Origin: an uncultured bacterium
GTDB lineage: Bacteria > Verrucomicrobiota > Verrucomicrobiia > Verrucomicrobiales > DEV007
Assembly: GCA_963977015.1 (NCBI GenBank)
Contig: CAXBMO010000007.1
Span: 160,001-224,000 of the forward strand
Reading direction: 5' to 3'
DNA length: 64,000 bases
Within the stretch, counting starts at the first letter, position 1; each line of letters begins with the position of its first letter. The position numbers and the translations under genes are program-made. A model generated the notes under the pieces. The model had not been told where the DNA came from. It saw only the letters and a list, made by a program, of their open reading frames with translations, and did not search any database. Positions 9,926 to 20,635 of the stretch are shown here, piece after piece.

Positions 9926-10258
9926 ATGATAGGGATCCGCGCACATTTTATTCTTCGGTTCCTCTGCAGTGCAGTCGGTATGATCGCGGGCGTATTTGGG
10001 GCCGTAATTGGGTTCGCCTCGGCCGCCCAAGCCGAATGGGGCATCGCGTTCCTCGGCGTTGCCGTCCTCGTGCTCGGTCTGCTACTTCCCCATCACGTCT
10101 TCAGCAACTTCATTCCCGCCCGTTGCCCGAAATGTAGCGGCCCGGCCTACCCTCAGCGCCTCAAAAGAATCCGGTTTGTCTGTCGGAAATGCGGCCATTG
10201 CCACCAGACGAACTGGACATTTGGGTCGCGGGGCCCCGGTCGGGGGATTGAGAGCTGA
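9926..10258 (+). CDS. Small membrane protein with C-terminal Zn ribbon
   Basis: Two hydrophobic segments, then CPKC-x15-CRKCGH. The start may be ATG 9980. Confidence 0.6.
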   Translation: MIGIRAHFILRFLCSAVGMIAGVFGAVIGFASAAQAEWGIAFLGVAVLVLGLLLPHHVFSNFIPARCPKCSGPAYPQRLKRIRFVCRKCGHCHQTNWTFGSRGPGRGIES

Positions 10259-10346
10259 GCGGAAGCATCGCCGAAGGAAGAGTAACCGCAGATCTTGCAG
10301 CTTCGTCTCGTGGGACACGGTTTTCATGGTTTTAGCGGCGTGTTAG

Positions 10347-10520
10347 CTAGTCCCAGACGTAACGCTCATCATAGTCGATCCCATATTTTTTGAGCAAGTC
10401 ACGGTATTCATCTTGGAACGTCCGCGTGCGATGATGCCCATCATGGGTATCGATGGAGCGCAGCAGGGCGTCCTTTTGACTCATCTCGACGGAAAATGCC
10501 CCGAAGCCTTGCTGCCAAGC
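10347..10520 (-). pseudogene. C-terminal remnant of IS200/RAYT tyrosine transposase
   Basis: AWQQGFGAFSV...HHRTRTFQDEYRDLLKKYGIDYDERYVWD aligns with the C-terminus of the 27297-27749 protein. The N-terminus with the HUH motif is missing, and the catalytic Tyr position reads S. Confidence 0.85.
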
Positions 10521-10532
10521 CCGAGCGATGCG

Positions 10533-10613
10533 GCGTTCCGTCAGAACGCATTTCATTCTCCATCCCGATCCCAGGTTTGAACCCTGGGCTGGGATACGGG
10601 GCCCCTTTGGAGC
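10533..10613. repeat. REP-like three-hairpin element next to the transposase remnant
   Basis: Hairpins GCGTTC-cgtca-GAACGC, CCCAGG-tttgaac-CCTGGG and GCCCC-ttt-GGAGC; same layout as the elements at 27174 and 27772. Confidence 0.65.
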
Positions 10614-10644
10614 GGGGGAAATGCAGCGACGCTCGCCTGCGTTC

Positions 10645-12018
10645 TCAGTCCTTAAACTGCGCGACGAGCCCAGTGAGGGTGGATTTGGCGTCACCGTAGA
10701 TCATGCGACAGTTTTCGCGGAAAAAGAGAGTGTTGACCAGTCCGGAGAAACCGGCGCCCTGTCCCCGCTTCAGGGCGAAGACGGTTCTGGCGTGGTGGAC
10801 GTTGATGATCGGCATGCCGTAGATGGGGCTGGATTCGTCTTCGGCGGCGGAGGGGTTCACGACGTCGTTGGCGCCAACGACGATGGCCACGTCGACCATG
10901 TCCATCGTCGGGTTGACGTCGTCCATCTCGCGAAGCTGCTCGTAGGGCACATCCGCTTCGGCGAGGAGGACGTTCATGTGCCCGGGCATCCGCCCCGCGA
11001 CGGGGTGAATGGCGTAGCGAACTTCTGCGCCGTTTTCTTCCAAAATTTCGCCAAGTTCCTTGGTGGCGTGCTGGGCTTGGGCGACCGCCATTCCGTAACC
11101 GGGAACAAATACGACGTTGCGAGCGGCTTCGAGCACGAAATAGGCATCTTCAACGCTGATGGCCTTCATCTCGCCTTCGATCTCCTGTTTGGAGCCGCTG
11201 GAGGCTCCAAATCCACCGAACAGCACGTTGCCGAGGGTCCGGTTCATCGCCTTGCACATGATGATCGTCAAAATGAGCCCGGAGGTGCCAACCAAACAGC
11301 CCGCGACGATCAGGACGTTGTTGAGAATCACGAACCCGGCGGCTGAGGCGGCGAGTCCGGAAAAGCTGTTCAAGAGGGCGATGACCACGGGCATGTCGCC
11401 GCCGCCAATCGGAATCACGCCGAGGATTCCGAGCAGGAGGGAAAGGCCGATGACCACGTAGAGAAGCGTCGGGTTTCCGGTCGTTACCCAGACGACACCG
11501 CTCCCAATCAATCCAAGAAAGACGAGGAGGTTGATCCCTTTCTGGCCCGGGAAAACCTTCGCACTCCCGCCCATTCTTCCGGAGAGCTTGAGGTAGGCGA
11601 TCATCGAACCTGTGAAGGTAATTCCACCAATCAGAATCGCGGCAATGACGGCGCCACCGTTGAACCCGGAAATATCGTCACCTTGTCCCGTCTTGAAAGC
11701 GACGTCAGCCCAGCCGACCAGCAAACTCGCCAGACCGCCAAAGCCGTTGAACAGGGCGACCATTTCCGGCATTCCCGTCATCGGAACGCGCTTGGCGGCA
11801 ACGTATCCAATGACCGAACCGGCAACGACACCAATGATGATGAGGTTCCAGGAGATCAGTTCGGAGGACATGCCTCCCAAGGTCGCAATTACGGCGATCA
11901 GCATTCCACCGGAGGAAATCAGGTTGCCGTCCTTTGCGGTGTTCGCGGAACCAAGCATCTTGATTCCGATGATGAAGAGAATCGACGCGACGATGTAAGC
12001 GAGGTTTTGCCAGTCCAT
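10645..12018 (-). CDS. pntB: NAD(P) transhydrogenase subunit beta
   Basis: MTGMPEMVALFNGFGG, IGGGDMPVVIALLNS, VPGYGMAVAQAQH, HPVAGRMPGHMNVLLAEA, GANDVVNP. Confidence 0.98.
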   Translation of the reverse strand: MDWQNLAYIVASILFIIGIKMLGSANTAKDGNLISSGGMLIAVIATLGGMSSELISWNLIIIGVVAGSVIGYVAAKRVPMTGMPEMVALFNGFGGLASLLVGWADVAFKTGQGDDISGFNGGAVIAAILIGGITFTGSMIAYLKLSGRMGGSAKVFPGQKGINLLVFLGLIGSGVVWVTTGNPTLLYVVIGLSLLLGILGVIPIGGGDMPVVIALLNSFSGLAASAAGFVILNNVLIVAGCLVGTSGLILTIIMCKAMNRTLGNVLFGGFGASSGSKQEIEGEMKAISVEDAYFVLEAARNVVFVPGYGMAVAQAQHATKELGEILEENGAEVRYAIHPVAGRMPGHMNVLLAEADVPYEQLREMDDVNPTMDMVDVAIVVGANDVVNPSAAEDESSPIYGMPIINVHHARTVFALKRGQGAGFSGLVNTLFFRENCRMIYGDAKSTLTGLVAQFKD

Positions 12019-12060
12019 TGATTAAATCAGCTCTAAGTCTTTCGGGTTCGGGGCCCAGTA

Positions 12061-12357
12061 TTATTTCTTCGCGTCCTTCTTGAACATTCCCAACATGCGG
12101 TCGGTAACCACGTAACCACCCACCACGTTGATGGTGGCAAGAACGAGGGCGGCGAACCCAAGATAAACCGCAAAGCGATCGTCAACGTCGGCTTTGCCCG
12201 CGTAAATCATGGCGCCAACAATGGTGATTCCCGAAATGGCATTCGATCCCGACATGAGCGGGGTGTGCAACTGGGAGGGAACCTTGGAAATCAGCTCGAA
12301 GCCGAGAAACGCGGCCAAGGTGAAGATAAACAGGAGCAGAATGAGGATGTCGTCCAT
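12061..12357 (-). CDS. pntA: NAD(P) transhydrogenase alpha, membrane part (alpha2)
   Basis: VPSQLHTPLMSGSNAISGI, NVVGGYVVTDRML.MF. Confidence 0.96.
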   Translation of the reverse strand: MDDILILLLFIFTLAAFLGFELISKVPSQLHTPLMSGSNAISGITIVGAMIYAGKADVDDRFAVYLGFAALVLATINVVGGYVVTDRMLGMFKKDAKK

Positions 12358-12363
12358 CGTCGT

Positions 12364-13533
12364 CTATTTTTTGAAGGCTGGATGTTGGTTGACGAATTCA
12401 CCATCGTGGGTCAAAACCGCCCCTTTCAGAATCTCGTCACTCAAATCAAATTGGAACTCTTTGGATTCCTTATCCCAAAAGTGCTCCACAAAATTGCATA
12501 GGTTGGCCGCATACATTCCGCTGGCGTCACGAGGAATGAGGTTCTCCAACTTGGCGTGACCGATGATGCGCACACCGTTTTCCGTGATGACTTCCTCATC
12601 GACTTTGACGCCTTCCACGTTTCCTCCCGTTTCGGCAGCGAGGTCGACAATGATCGAGCCATTGCTCATGCTATCGACCACGTCGCTTTTCACCAGAAGC
12701 GGCGCCTTTCGCCCAAACAGCTTGGCTGTGCAAATCACCACATCACTGTTGGCGCAGACTTTGCCCTGCTCGACACGCTGTTTTTCGAGTTGCTCCGGAG
12801 TCAACTCTTTGGCGTATCCCTGATCGGTCGATCCGGTTTCTCCCAAATCAATGCGGAGCGCTTTTGCACCAAGCGATTCCGCCTGCTCAAGAGCTTCCGG
12901 GCGGGTATCGAACGCGGTCACTCTCGCTCCCAGGCGTTTCGCGGTGGCAATGGCCTGGAGACCCGCGACGCCGATTCCGATGACGAAAACTTTGGCCGGA
13001 GAAATCGTTCCCGCCGGCGTCATCATCATCGGGAAAATTTTGTTCAACCGCTCCGCCGACAAAATGACGGACATATAACCCGCGAGGTTTGCCTGAGAAC
13101 TGATGGCGTCCATCTTCTGGGCGAGCGTCGTTCGCGGCATCATTTCCATGCTGACACCGGTGATCCCGCTTTTGACCAGGGTATCAATTCGCTCCTGCTC
13201 TGGAGTGTTTGCCGGAGCCTCGCCGCCGCCCAGGTGAACGTGAAACGGGTTCAAGAATCCGACGAGCATCGCACCTTTCTTCATCTTTGCGATCTCAACC
13301 GTTTCCAGCGGCGCCACACAGAAAACCATGTCGGAATCTGCGATTCCCTTTTCCCGCGCTAGTGGTTTGGCCCCGACCTCTTCGTAATCCTGGTCCGTGA
13401 AGTCGGATGTCAGGCCGAGACCTGCTTCAAAATGCACATCGAGTCCCAAGCCAACCAGTTTCCGCGCCGTTTCCGGCGTCATGGCTGCCCGAGTCTCCTT
13501 CTCCTGGGGTTGTTTAGGGACAAAAAGTCGCAT
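12364..13533 (-). CDS. pntA: NAD(P) transhydrogenase alpha, soluble dI part (alpha1)
   Basis: ETRAAMTPE, PRTTLAQKMDAISSQANLAGY, MMMTPAGT, GIGVAGLQAIATAKRLGA, DLAAETGGN. Confidence 0.96.
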   Translation of the reverse strand: MRLFVPKQPQEKETRAAMTPETARKLVGLGLDVHFEAGLGLTSDFTDQDYEEVGAKPLAREKGIADSDMVFCVAPLETVEIAKMKKGAMLVGFLNPFHVHLGGGEAPANTPEQERIDTLVKSGITGVSMEMMPRTTLAQKMDAISSQANLAGYMSVILSAERLNKIFPMMMTPAGTISPAKVFVIGIGVAGLQAIATAKRLGARVTAFDTRPEALEQAESLGAKALRIDLGETGSTDQGYAKELTPEQLEKQRVEQGKVCANSDVVICTAKLFGRKAPLLVKSDVVDSMSNGSIIVDLAAETGGNVEGVKVDEEVITENGVRIIGHAKLENLIPRDASGMYAANLCNFVEHFWDKESKEFQFDLSDEILKGAVLTHDGEFVNQHPAFKK

Positions 13534-13546
13534 AGAGAGACGCGCG

Positions 13547-13574
13547 ACCTTAGAGGGTTGAACCTACTGTTCAA
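13547..13574 (-). promoter_or_regulatory. Candidate pntA promoter overlapped by a palindrome
   Basis: Minus strand TTGAAC-N16-TAAGGT; perfect inverted repeat TTGAAC-N5-GTTCAA at 13558-13574. Confidence 0.35.
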
Positions 13575-13663
13575 GCGGTAAAGTTTGAGAGCGTAAAAAA
13601 TAGTCAAAATATTGAAAATCACATTGGCTAGAAAAATTCCAATTCCCTTAAGCAATTTCGACG

Positions 13664-14245
13664 ATGAAACGAACCGGACTCTTTGGTGGTAGCTTCGACC
13701 CGATTCATCTGGGCCACACCATGCTGGCGGAGGAGGCGAAGGTCTCGGCCTCGCTGGATCAGGTGCTTTTTATCCCCTGCCGGCAAAGTCCGCACAAGGA
13801 TGAGGCGCCGGGGGCGAGTGACGAGCAACGCTGTGAAATGATCCGGCTTGCGATCGCGGATTTTCCCTGGGCCGAGGTCTCGACGGTTGAGTTGGAGCGG
13901 GAGGATCCGAGCTATTCCTGGCAGACGGCCCAGTATTTCGCGGGGCGGGATCCCGACGCGGAGCTGTTCTGGATTCTGGGAAGCGATCAATGGGATGTGA
14001 TCGAAAAGTGGGCCAACCCAGCGGTGTTGGCTGAATTGCTGACGTTCCTCGTTTTTCCCCGGGGCTCGGAAGTGAACGCCAAACCCGGGTTTCGGCATCA
14101 TTTCGTCCAACATGCCCACCCCGCCAGTGCGACCAAAGTTCGAAACGCCCGAAGCGATGCGAAACAATTTTTAGCGCCAAAGGTCTTCGATTTCGTGGAA
14201 AAAGAAGGTCTTTACTGGGAACCAACCCAAACCGGCAAATCCTAA
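13664..14245 (+). CDS. nadD: Nicotinate-nucleotide adenylyltransferase
   Basis: GLFGGSFDPIHLGH (HxGH), SPHK, SYS..T, WILGSDQ...I.KW, SAT.VR. Confidence 0.95.
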   Translation: MKRTGLFGGSFDPIHLGHTMLAEEAKVSASLDQVLFIPCRQSPHKDEAPGASDEQRCEMIRLAIADFPWAEVSTVELEREDPSYSWQTAQYFAGRDPDAELFWILGSDQWDVIEKWANPAVLAELLTFLVFPRGSEVNAKPGFRHHFVQHAHPASATKVRNARSDAKQFLAPKVFDFVEKEGLYWEPTQTGKS

Positions 14246-14249
14246 GAGC

Positions 14250-17200
14250 ATGGTGGAATCCTGGAACATCTGTATCGACACTGGAGGCACGTTTACCGAT
14301 TGCTGGGCCGTCCCGCCCGGTGGGACGGAACCAGTTCTGGTGAAGGTGCTCTCCTCCGGCAAGTTGCGAGTCCGTGTCGTCGGCGAATCCCGGATTCAGG
14401 TTCCCTGGCAACTTCCCTCCGGCTTCTTTGAGGGTTGGCAAATTGGGTTTGCGGACCAGACCGCCCGCATTGCGCAAAGCACGGTGCTCGCGGACGGCCT
14501 CCACCAGCTCAGTTTGGAGAAGGAGGCGAAACTGGATTCCGAGACCGACCTCTTCACGGGTGAAGAAGCACCGGTCATCGGAGCCCGCATCCTGACCCAA
14601 ACCTGCCTGAACGATTCGTTCCCTGCGATTTCCCTACGTCTGGCCACGACCCGGGGAACGAATGCATTGTTGGAAAAGAAGGGCGCGCGGACCGCTTTTT
14701 TCGTCACTCAGGGATTCGGGGATTTGCTCCGCATTCGCGATCAACGGCGTCCCGACCTCTTTGCCCTGAATCATCAGATTCCCGAACCGCTCTATGACGC
14801 AGTTTTCGAGATTCCGGAACGGTTGGATGCCGGCGGGGCCATTCTTGAACCGCTCGATCTCGATCATGACCTTTGCTCGAAGATTTCCGCCCTCGTTGAT
14901 GACGGGATCGAAGTCGCCGCGATCGCGCTGATGCACAGCTATCTCAACGACCAGCATGAGCAGGAGCTCGCAGGACTCTTGAAGAAAGCCGGCTTCAAGC
15001 ACGTGAGCCTCTCCAGCGAGTTGGCGCCGTTGATCAAGCTGCTTCCCCGGGCCGAGACCGCGGTTGTCGACGCCTATCTAACTCCGGTGATGGACGAATT
15101 TCTGAACCGGGTCTCCAGGGTTACCGATGATCTTCTGGTGATGACCAGCGCGGGAGGGTTGGAACCCAACTCGGATTTTCGGCCGAAGGACAGTCTCTTC
15201 AGCGGCCCCGCAGGAGGAGTCGTCGGAGCGGCCGCAAGCGGGAAACTCTGTGGTTTCGAGAAGCTCATCACGTTTGATATGGGGGGCACGAGCACCGATG
15301 TGGCTCGCTACGATGGCGACTTCGCCTACCAATTTCAGCAGGCGATCGGGGCAACGACGCTGCTCTCCCCTTCCCTGCGCATCGAGACGGTTGCCGCGGG
15401 CGGCGGCTCGATCTGCCAATGGTCGGAAGGAGGATTGCGGGTTGGACCGGAGAGCGCGGGCTCGGTTCCCGGCCCGGCGTGTTATGGCCAGGGCGGTCCG
15501 CTCACCATCACCGACGTGAACGTGCTTTTGGGAAGGGTCGATCCCGACAATTTCGGAATCCCGTTGGGAGACGAGAGCATTGCCGCGGCCAAGGCCAGGT
15601 TGCAGGAGTTGATGCGGGAAATGGGGACGAACGAGCCGGAGGAAGAGGTCCTCGAAGGCTTGTTGCGCATCGCCGTGGAGCAAATGGCCGACAGCATCGG
15701 AACCATCTCGATTCGCGAGGGCGCGAATCCTTCAGACTACGCACTGCTCGCGTTTGGCGGCGCGGGCCCACTTCATGCCTGCGCCATTGCCGATCGACTT
15801 GGCATGTCAACCATTCTCGTCCCGGCTGAGGCCGGGGTTTTGAGTGCCTTCGGGCTTCATCACGCCGAGGTGGAACGGTTCGCGGAACGGCAAGTCTTGC
15901 ATAACCTGGCCGACTGTCCTCAGATTGAAGATTGGCTGGGTGAGTTGCGGGACGAAGCGGCAGAAAAGCTCGGGACCGAATCCCAGGTTCGACGTCGCAT
16001 CGCGGAGTTGAGATTGAGCGGTCAGGAAGCTCCGCTTGATCTGGAAATCGACGATGCAGACCAATTGGCGACGCAGTTCCGTGCCAAGTACCGGACCGTT
16101 TTCGGATACGAGCCACAGCCTTCCCAACCTATTGAGCTGGTGAGTCTGCGAGTCGTTGTTTCGAAACCGCAAACGGCGAAGGTCTCCTCGGTCCGCCTCA
16201 CGGCAAAAAACACGGCGCCGAAGGAGAGCGGTCCATTTCTGAATCGAGCTGCGCTCAGTCCGGGCGATCAGCTCAGCGGCCCGAGAATCATTCAAGATCC
16301 CTTCAGCACGCTCTTCCTCCAGACTGGCTGGAGCGCGACGGTTCACGAAACCGGATCGCTGATTCTTCGTCGAGTCGGAGACGCAGCCAGTGTCGAGACC
16401 GCCACGGCAACCGACTCCCCGTTGGTTCGCGAACTCTTTCGCCATCGTTTTCAGAACATCGTCGAGGAAATGGGCGCCATGCTGCAGCGCTCCGCGGTTT
16501 CCACCAACGTGAAGGAGCGCATGGACTTTTCCTGCGCCTTGCTGGATGCGGAGGGCCAACTCGTGGTCAATGCGCCCCACATTCCCGTGCATTTGGGCGC
16601 GCTGGGATTGTGTGTGCGCGAAGTTGCCAAACACCTGGAACTTGGCCCCGGCGATATCGCGATTACGAATCATCCGGGCTTTGGCGGCTCTCATCTTCCC
16701 GACGTGACCCTGATCACAGCGATCTTCGAGGCAGGCCAGCGCATCGGGTATGTGGCAAACCGGGCTCATCACGCTGAAATTGGCGGGATCCGGCCCGGCT
16801 CCATGCCACCCAACGCGCAAAATCTGGAGGAGGAAGGCGTGGTCATCGCGCCGATGCTCCTTTTTGAAGGCGGAAACCCCAAGTGGGAGCAAATCGAGGA
16901 AATCCTCACCCACTCCCCGCATCCGACCCGAAAACTCGCCGACAATCTGGCCGATCTTCAGGCGCAAGCCGCAGCCAACTTGAGAGGTGCCCAAAGCCTG
17001 GAAGCCCTCGTCGCCGAGCATGGAGGCCCACTCATTCGCCTCCAACTGGAGTCGCTTGCCGAGCAATCGCGGGCCAGCTTCCACAAGGCCCTGAAATCTC
17101 AGTCGCTGGCTGAGAATGAAGCGGAGGAGAAGCTGGACGATGGCACGGTCATTCGCGTTGCCGCAAAACACGAGAACGAACGGTTCGTGCTCGATTTCAC

Positions 17201-17945
17201 CGGGACGAGCGCCACCGTGCCGGGAAATTTCAGCGCGACACCGGCCATCGTGCGAAGCGCCATTCTCTATTGCCTACGACTTTGGACCGGCAGCGACCTG
17301 CCCCTCAACGAAGGCTTGCTGCGCGACGTTTCCACGATTCTGCCACGCTGTTTCTTGAATCCCGAGTTTCCGGCAAATCCCCGCGAGTGCCCGGCGGTCG
17401 TTGGCGGCAATGTCGAAACGAGTCAGCGGGTGGTCGACACGATTCTCAAACTGTTCGGCATCCAGGCGTGCAGCCAGGGAACGATGAACAACTTCATCTT
17501 TGGGAATGACCGTTTTGGTTACTATGAAACGATCGCCGGAGGTGCCGGCGCGGGCCCGGACCATGAGGGCGCCAGTGGTTTGCACACCCACATGACCAAC
17601 ACCGCGATTACCGATCCCGAGATTCTGGAAAAACGGTATCCCATTCTGCTCCGGCAGTTCGCGATCCGAAAACAGTCGGGAGGGAAAGGCAGATTCGCCG
17701 GTGGTGATGGCGTCATCCGCGAATTCCAGTTTCGGGAGCCTCTGGAGGTTTCCCTGCTGATGCAGCACCGCATCGAACCGCCTTATGGGCTCAACGGAGG
17801 TGAGCCAGGCTCGTTAGGAACTCAACACTTGATTCGCTGCGATGGCGAAACCGTCGCCATTCCGGGGATCGCCGCGATTGAGGTTCAAGAAGGCGAACGC
17901 ATCGTGATCGAAACGCCCGGCGGTGGCGGGTTCGGCGTTGCCTGA
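14250..17945 (+). CDS. Fused hydantoinase A/B / 5-oxoprolinase (ATP-hydrolysing) family protein
   Basis: [107 protein letters not shown]. Confidence 0.95.
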   Translation: MVESWNICIDTGGTFTDCWAVPPGGTEPVLVKVLSSGKLRVRVVGESRIQVPWQLPSGFFEGWQIGFADQTARIAQSTVLADGLHQLSLEKEAKLDSETDLFTGEEAPVIGARILTQTCLNDSFPAISLRLATTRGTNALLEKKGARTAFFVTQGFGDLLRIRDQRRPDLFALNHQIPEPLYDAVFEIPERLDAGGAILEPLDLDHDLCSKISALVDDGIEVAAIALMHSYLNDQHEQELAGLLKKAGFKHVSLSSELAPLIKLLPRAETAVVDAYLTPVMDEFLNRVSRVTDDLLVMTSAGGLEPNSDFRPKDSLFSGPAGGVVGAAASGKLCGFEKLITFDMGGTSTDVARYDGDFAYQFQQAIGATTLLSPSLRIETVAAGGGSICQWSEGGLRVGPESAGSVPGPACYGQGGPLTITDVNVLLGRVDPDNFGIPLGDESIAAAKARLQELMREMGTNEPEEEVLEGLLRIAVEQMADSIGTISIREGANPSDYALLAFGGAGPLHACAIADRLGMSTILVPAEAGVLSAFGLHHAEVERFAERQVLHNLADCPQIEDWLGELRDEAAEKLGTESQVRRRIAELRLSGQEAPLDLEIDDADQLATQFRAKYRTVFGYEPQPSQPIELVSLRVVVSKPQTAKVSSVRLTAKNTAPKESGPFLNRAALSPGDQLSGPRIIQDPFSTLFLQTGWSATVHETGSLILRRVGDAASVETATATDSPLVRELFRHRFQNIVEEMGAMLQRSAVSTNVKERMDFSCALLDAEGQLVVNAPHIPVHLGALGLCVREVAKHLELGPGDIAITNHPGFGGSHLPDVTLITAIFEAGQRIGYVANRAHHAEIGGIRPGSMPPNAQNLEEEGVVIAPMLLFEGGNPKWEQIEEILTHSPHPTRKLADNLADLQAQAAANLRGAQSLEALVAEHGGPLIRLQLESLAEQSRASFHKALKSQSLAENEAEEKLDDGTVIRVAAKHENERFVLDFTGTSATVPGNFSATPAIVRSAILYCLRLWTGSDLPLNEGLLRDVSTILPRCFLNPEFPANPRECPAVVGGNVETSQRVVDTILKLFGIQACSQGTMNNFIFGNDRFGYYETIAGGAGAGPDHEGASGLHTHMTNTAITDPEILEKRYPILLRQFAIRKQSGGKGRFAGGDGVIREFQFREPLEVSLLMQHRIEPPYGLNGGEPGSLGTQHLIRCDGETVAIPGIAAIEVQEGERIVIETPGGGGFGVA

Positions 17946-17980
17946 TTGACAGGGTGGACCGACTCCGCTTCGCTACCTTC

Positions 17981-19480
17981 ATGTTCAGGAAACCCCTCTT
18001 CCTCTTTTTGGGCCTGCTTCCCCTTTTTCTTCAGGCACAGCCCAACATTCTCTTCATCACGGTTGATGACATGAATTGCGATTCCATCGGCGCCTTTGGC
18101 TGCCCGCTGGAAGACATCACGCCAAACATCGACAAACTGGCGGGGCAAAGCCTTCGGTTCAACAAAGCCCATGTCGTGGTTGGCAATTGTTACCCCTCAC
18201 GAAACGTGATGTTCAGCGGTCGCTATCCTCACAACTCGGGTGTCGAAGGGTTTTACCAGGTGAAGCCAACCAGCTTCCCGGTCTTGTGCGACTTGATGCA
18301 GCAAGGCGGTTACTACGCTGCGATTCGCGGCAAAGTCGCCCACTCGACTCCGTATCAGCCCTACGCCTGGGATGCCGACCTCACCATTCTGCCCGATGGG
18401 ACCAAAGCCCATCTCAAGGACGCCGCGTCCTACTATCAATCCGTCAAAACCGGAATCGAATCAGCGGCTTCCCAGGAAAAGCCGTTCTTCATCAACGTCA
18501 ATATCTCCGATCCTCACAAACCGTTTTGGCATCCGGGCGACAAGCACCCCACGTCCAGAATCTACACCGCAGATGAAGTGCCGGTTCCCGGCTACCTTTG
18601 GGATGATCCGAAAGTCCGCGAGGAACTGGCCCTCTACTATTCGTCCGTTCGAAGGGCTGACGACTGTGTTGGGCAAATTCTTCGTGCTCTCAACGAATCC
18701 GGAAAAGCGGGCGAGACCATCATCATGTTTCTCTCTGATCACGGGATGCCCCTGCCATTCTCCAAAACCCAACTCTATCATCACAGCACCAGAACGCCGC
18801 TCATCGTGAATTGGCCGGGGGTGACTCAGGCTGGCGCAATCGACGATTCCCATCTCGTTTCCGCCGTCGATTTGCTGCCAACGTGGTTGGAGATGGCCGA
18901 GCTCGAAGCTCCGGACGGTCTGGACGGACGCTCGTTGGTGAAGTTGATTCGCGGCGAGAACGAAGAAGGCTGGGACCGGGTTTACAAGGAATACAACGAG
19001 AACGCGGGCGGCCAACGCGCCCCGATGCGTGCCGTTCAAACCCAGCAGTTTCTTTACCTCTTCAATCCCTGGTCAAACGGTGAGCGACAGTTCAAGACGG
19101 CAACGCAGGGAACGGCTACCTATCGCCGGATGAAGCAGGTTGCCCCCACAAACGCCGAGATTGCCGCGCGATTGGACTTGTTTGACTTTCGGGTCGTCGA
19201 AGAACTTTACGATGTGGAGAAAGACCCGGATTGTTTGGTCAATCTGGCCGCGAATCCTGAATTCAGGCCGCAACTTCAGGAGATGCGGCAAAACCTGGAA
19301 ACGTGGATGGCTCGAACCGGCGATCCCGCGAAGGAAGCCTTCACCAATCGAGATTCGCCGGAGGTCGTTCAAGCATTCATGGCAAAACAGGAGGCGGAAT
19401 CGCTGGAGCGGCGCGCCATTCGCCGGAAAAACAAAGCCCCAAAGAACAGCGCAAACCCGCCGAAAAAAGGCAAGAGCTAG
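17981..19480 (+). CDS. Exported formylglycine-dependent sulfatase
   Basis: Signal peptide, PNILFITVDD, CYPSR (CxPxR) with SGRYP, GK..H, DPH.P, SDHG.P, ELYD..KDP. Confidence 0.93.
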   Translation: MFRKPLFLFLGLLPLFLQAQPNILFITVDDMNCDSIGAFGCPLEDITPNIDKLAGQSLRFNKAHVVVGNCYPSRNVMFSGRYPHNSGVEGFYQVKPTSFPVLCDLMQQGGYYAAIRGKVAHSTPYQPYAWDADLTILPDGTKAHLKDAASYYQSVKTGIESAASQEKPFFINVNISDPHKPFWHPGDKHPTSRIYTADEVPVPGYLWDDPKVREELALYYSSVRRADDCVGQILRALNESGKAGETIIMFLSDHGMPLPFSKTQLYHHSTRTPLIVNWPGVTQAGAIDDSHLVSAVDLLPTWLEMAELEAPDGLDGRSLVKLIRGENEEGWDRVYKEYNENAGGQRAPMRAVQTQQFLYLFNPWSNGERQFKTATQGTATYRRMKQVAPTNAEIAARLDLFDFRVVEELYDVEKDPDCLVNLAANPEFRPQLQEMRQNLETWMARTGDPAKEAFTNRDSPEVVQAFMAKQEAESLERRAIRRKNKAPKNSANPPKKGKS

Positions 19481-19488
19481 AGCAGTTT

Positions 19489-20493
19489 CTAGCCTTTCCA
19501 ACCATTCGCTTTCAGAACCTCAGCCAGGCTCACGGGGACTCCCCCCTGACGCTTGCTTTCATCGGCGGCTTCCATGAACGCGAAAATCTCGATGGTGGTT
19601 TCGAGCGGAACCGGCGCAACTCCGGTTTGAAAAAATCGAACCACTTCGCGGAGCATCGGAGTGTAATCGCCGCCTGATTGTTGCTCGACGATCGCCTTGG
19701 TTCCAAACTTCGTCACTCGATAGCCGGTTTTCTGATTCCGAAGCCCGTAGAGCACCCCAACTTTGCCATCGGCCCAGGTTCCCGTGACGACGTCCGTATT
19801 CCCGGTATGAACGCGCGTGACGGTTTCGCATCCCGTTCCGAGAACCGTAAAAAGTGCCTCCGTTGGGTGAACTCCATACCAGAAAAGATCCGGATGATTG
19901 GGTTCGAAACTTGCCGGGCCGTAGGAAATTGCCCCGCGAACCTCGCCCGCATCGGCTTCCGCCACGTCTACGACTCCAGGGTAAAACCGCAATGAGGAGC
20001 TGCTCCAACACGGAACGCCCGTTTCTTTCGCCAATTGGTAAATCTCAATCGCGTCCCGCAGGCTCCCGGCCAATGGCTTATCGATGAACATCGGCTTTCC
20101 GGCAGCAAAAACCGGCCGGGCCTGCTCCAAATGGGGACGTCCATCCACACTTTCCAGCATCACCGCGTCCACATGCTTGCACATTTCTGCAATCGTTGGG
20201 TAAAGCTGAACGCCGTAATCGTTGACCAGGGTTTCGGTAAATTTGTCGACGCGGTCCGCACTCGAGGGAATGTCGGGACTGCCTCCCTTGAAGGCGGCAA
20301 CCACCCTGGCCCCCGGAACATGGTTCTTGTTTTCAGGATCGTTGAACCGCGAGGTAAATGCGGTCACGTGGGACGTGTCCAACCCGATCAGACCAATGCG
20401 AATGGGTTCATCAGCAGCGGTTGCCACCAGCGAACAAGCCCCGAGAAGGCAAAGAACGCTGGTCTTAAAAGGAATGAGGATTGGGGTTTTCAT
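19489..20493 (-). CDS. Exported Gfo/Idh/MocA family oxidoreductase
   Basis: Signal peptide, RIGLIGLDTSH, ESVDGRPH, FIDKPLAG, SSSSLRF, WYGVH. Confidence 0.9.
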   Translation of the reverse strand: MKTPILIPFKTSVLCLLGACSLVATAADEPIRIGLIGLDTSHVTAFTSRFNDPENKNHVPGARVVAAFKGGSPDIPSSADRVDKFTETLVNDYGVQLYPTIAEMCKHVDAVMLESVDGRPHLEQARPVFAAGKPMFIDKPLAGSLRDAIEIYQLAKETGVPCWSSSSLRFYPGVVDVAEADAGEVRGAISYGPASFEPNHPDLFWYGVHPTEALFTVLGTGCETVTRVHTGNTDVVTGTWADGKVGVLYGLRNQKTGYRVTKFGTKAIVEQQSGGDYTPMLREVVRFFQTGVAPVPLETTIEIFAFMEAADESKRQGGVPVSLAEVLKANGWKG

Positions 20494-20635
20494 CCCTCCC
20501 AGTCTGTTCTCGAACGAAGGAGTATCCAACCCCAAATTCACCAGGATTTGGGCCGTAGAAACGTCCTGACGCGGTGAATATCTGCCCGATTTTGAGATTG
20601 ACTTGAAGGCTGAAACCATGTGTTCTCGGGGCCGA

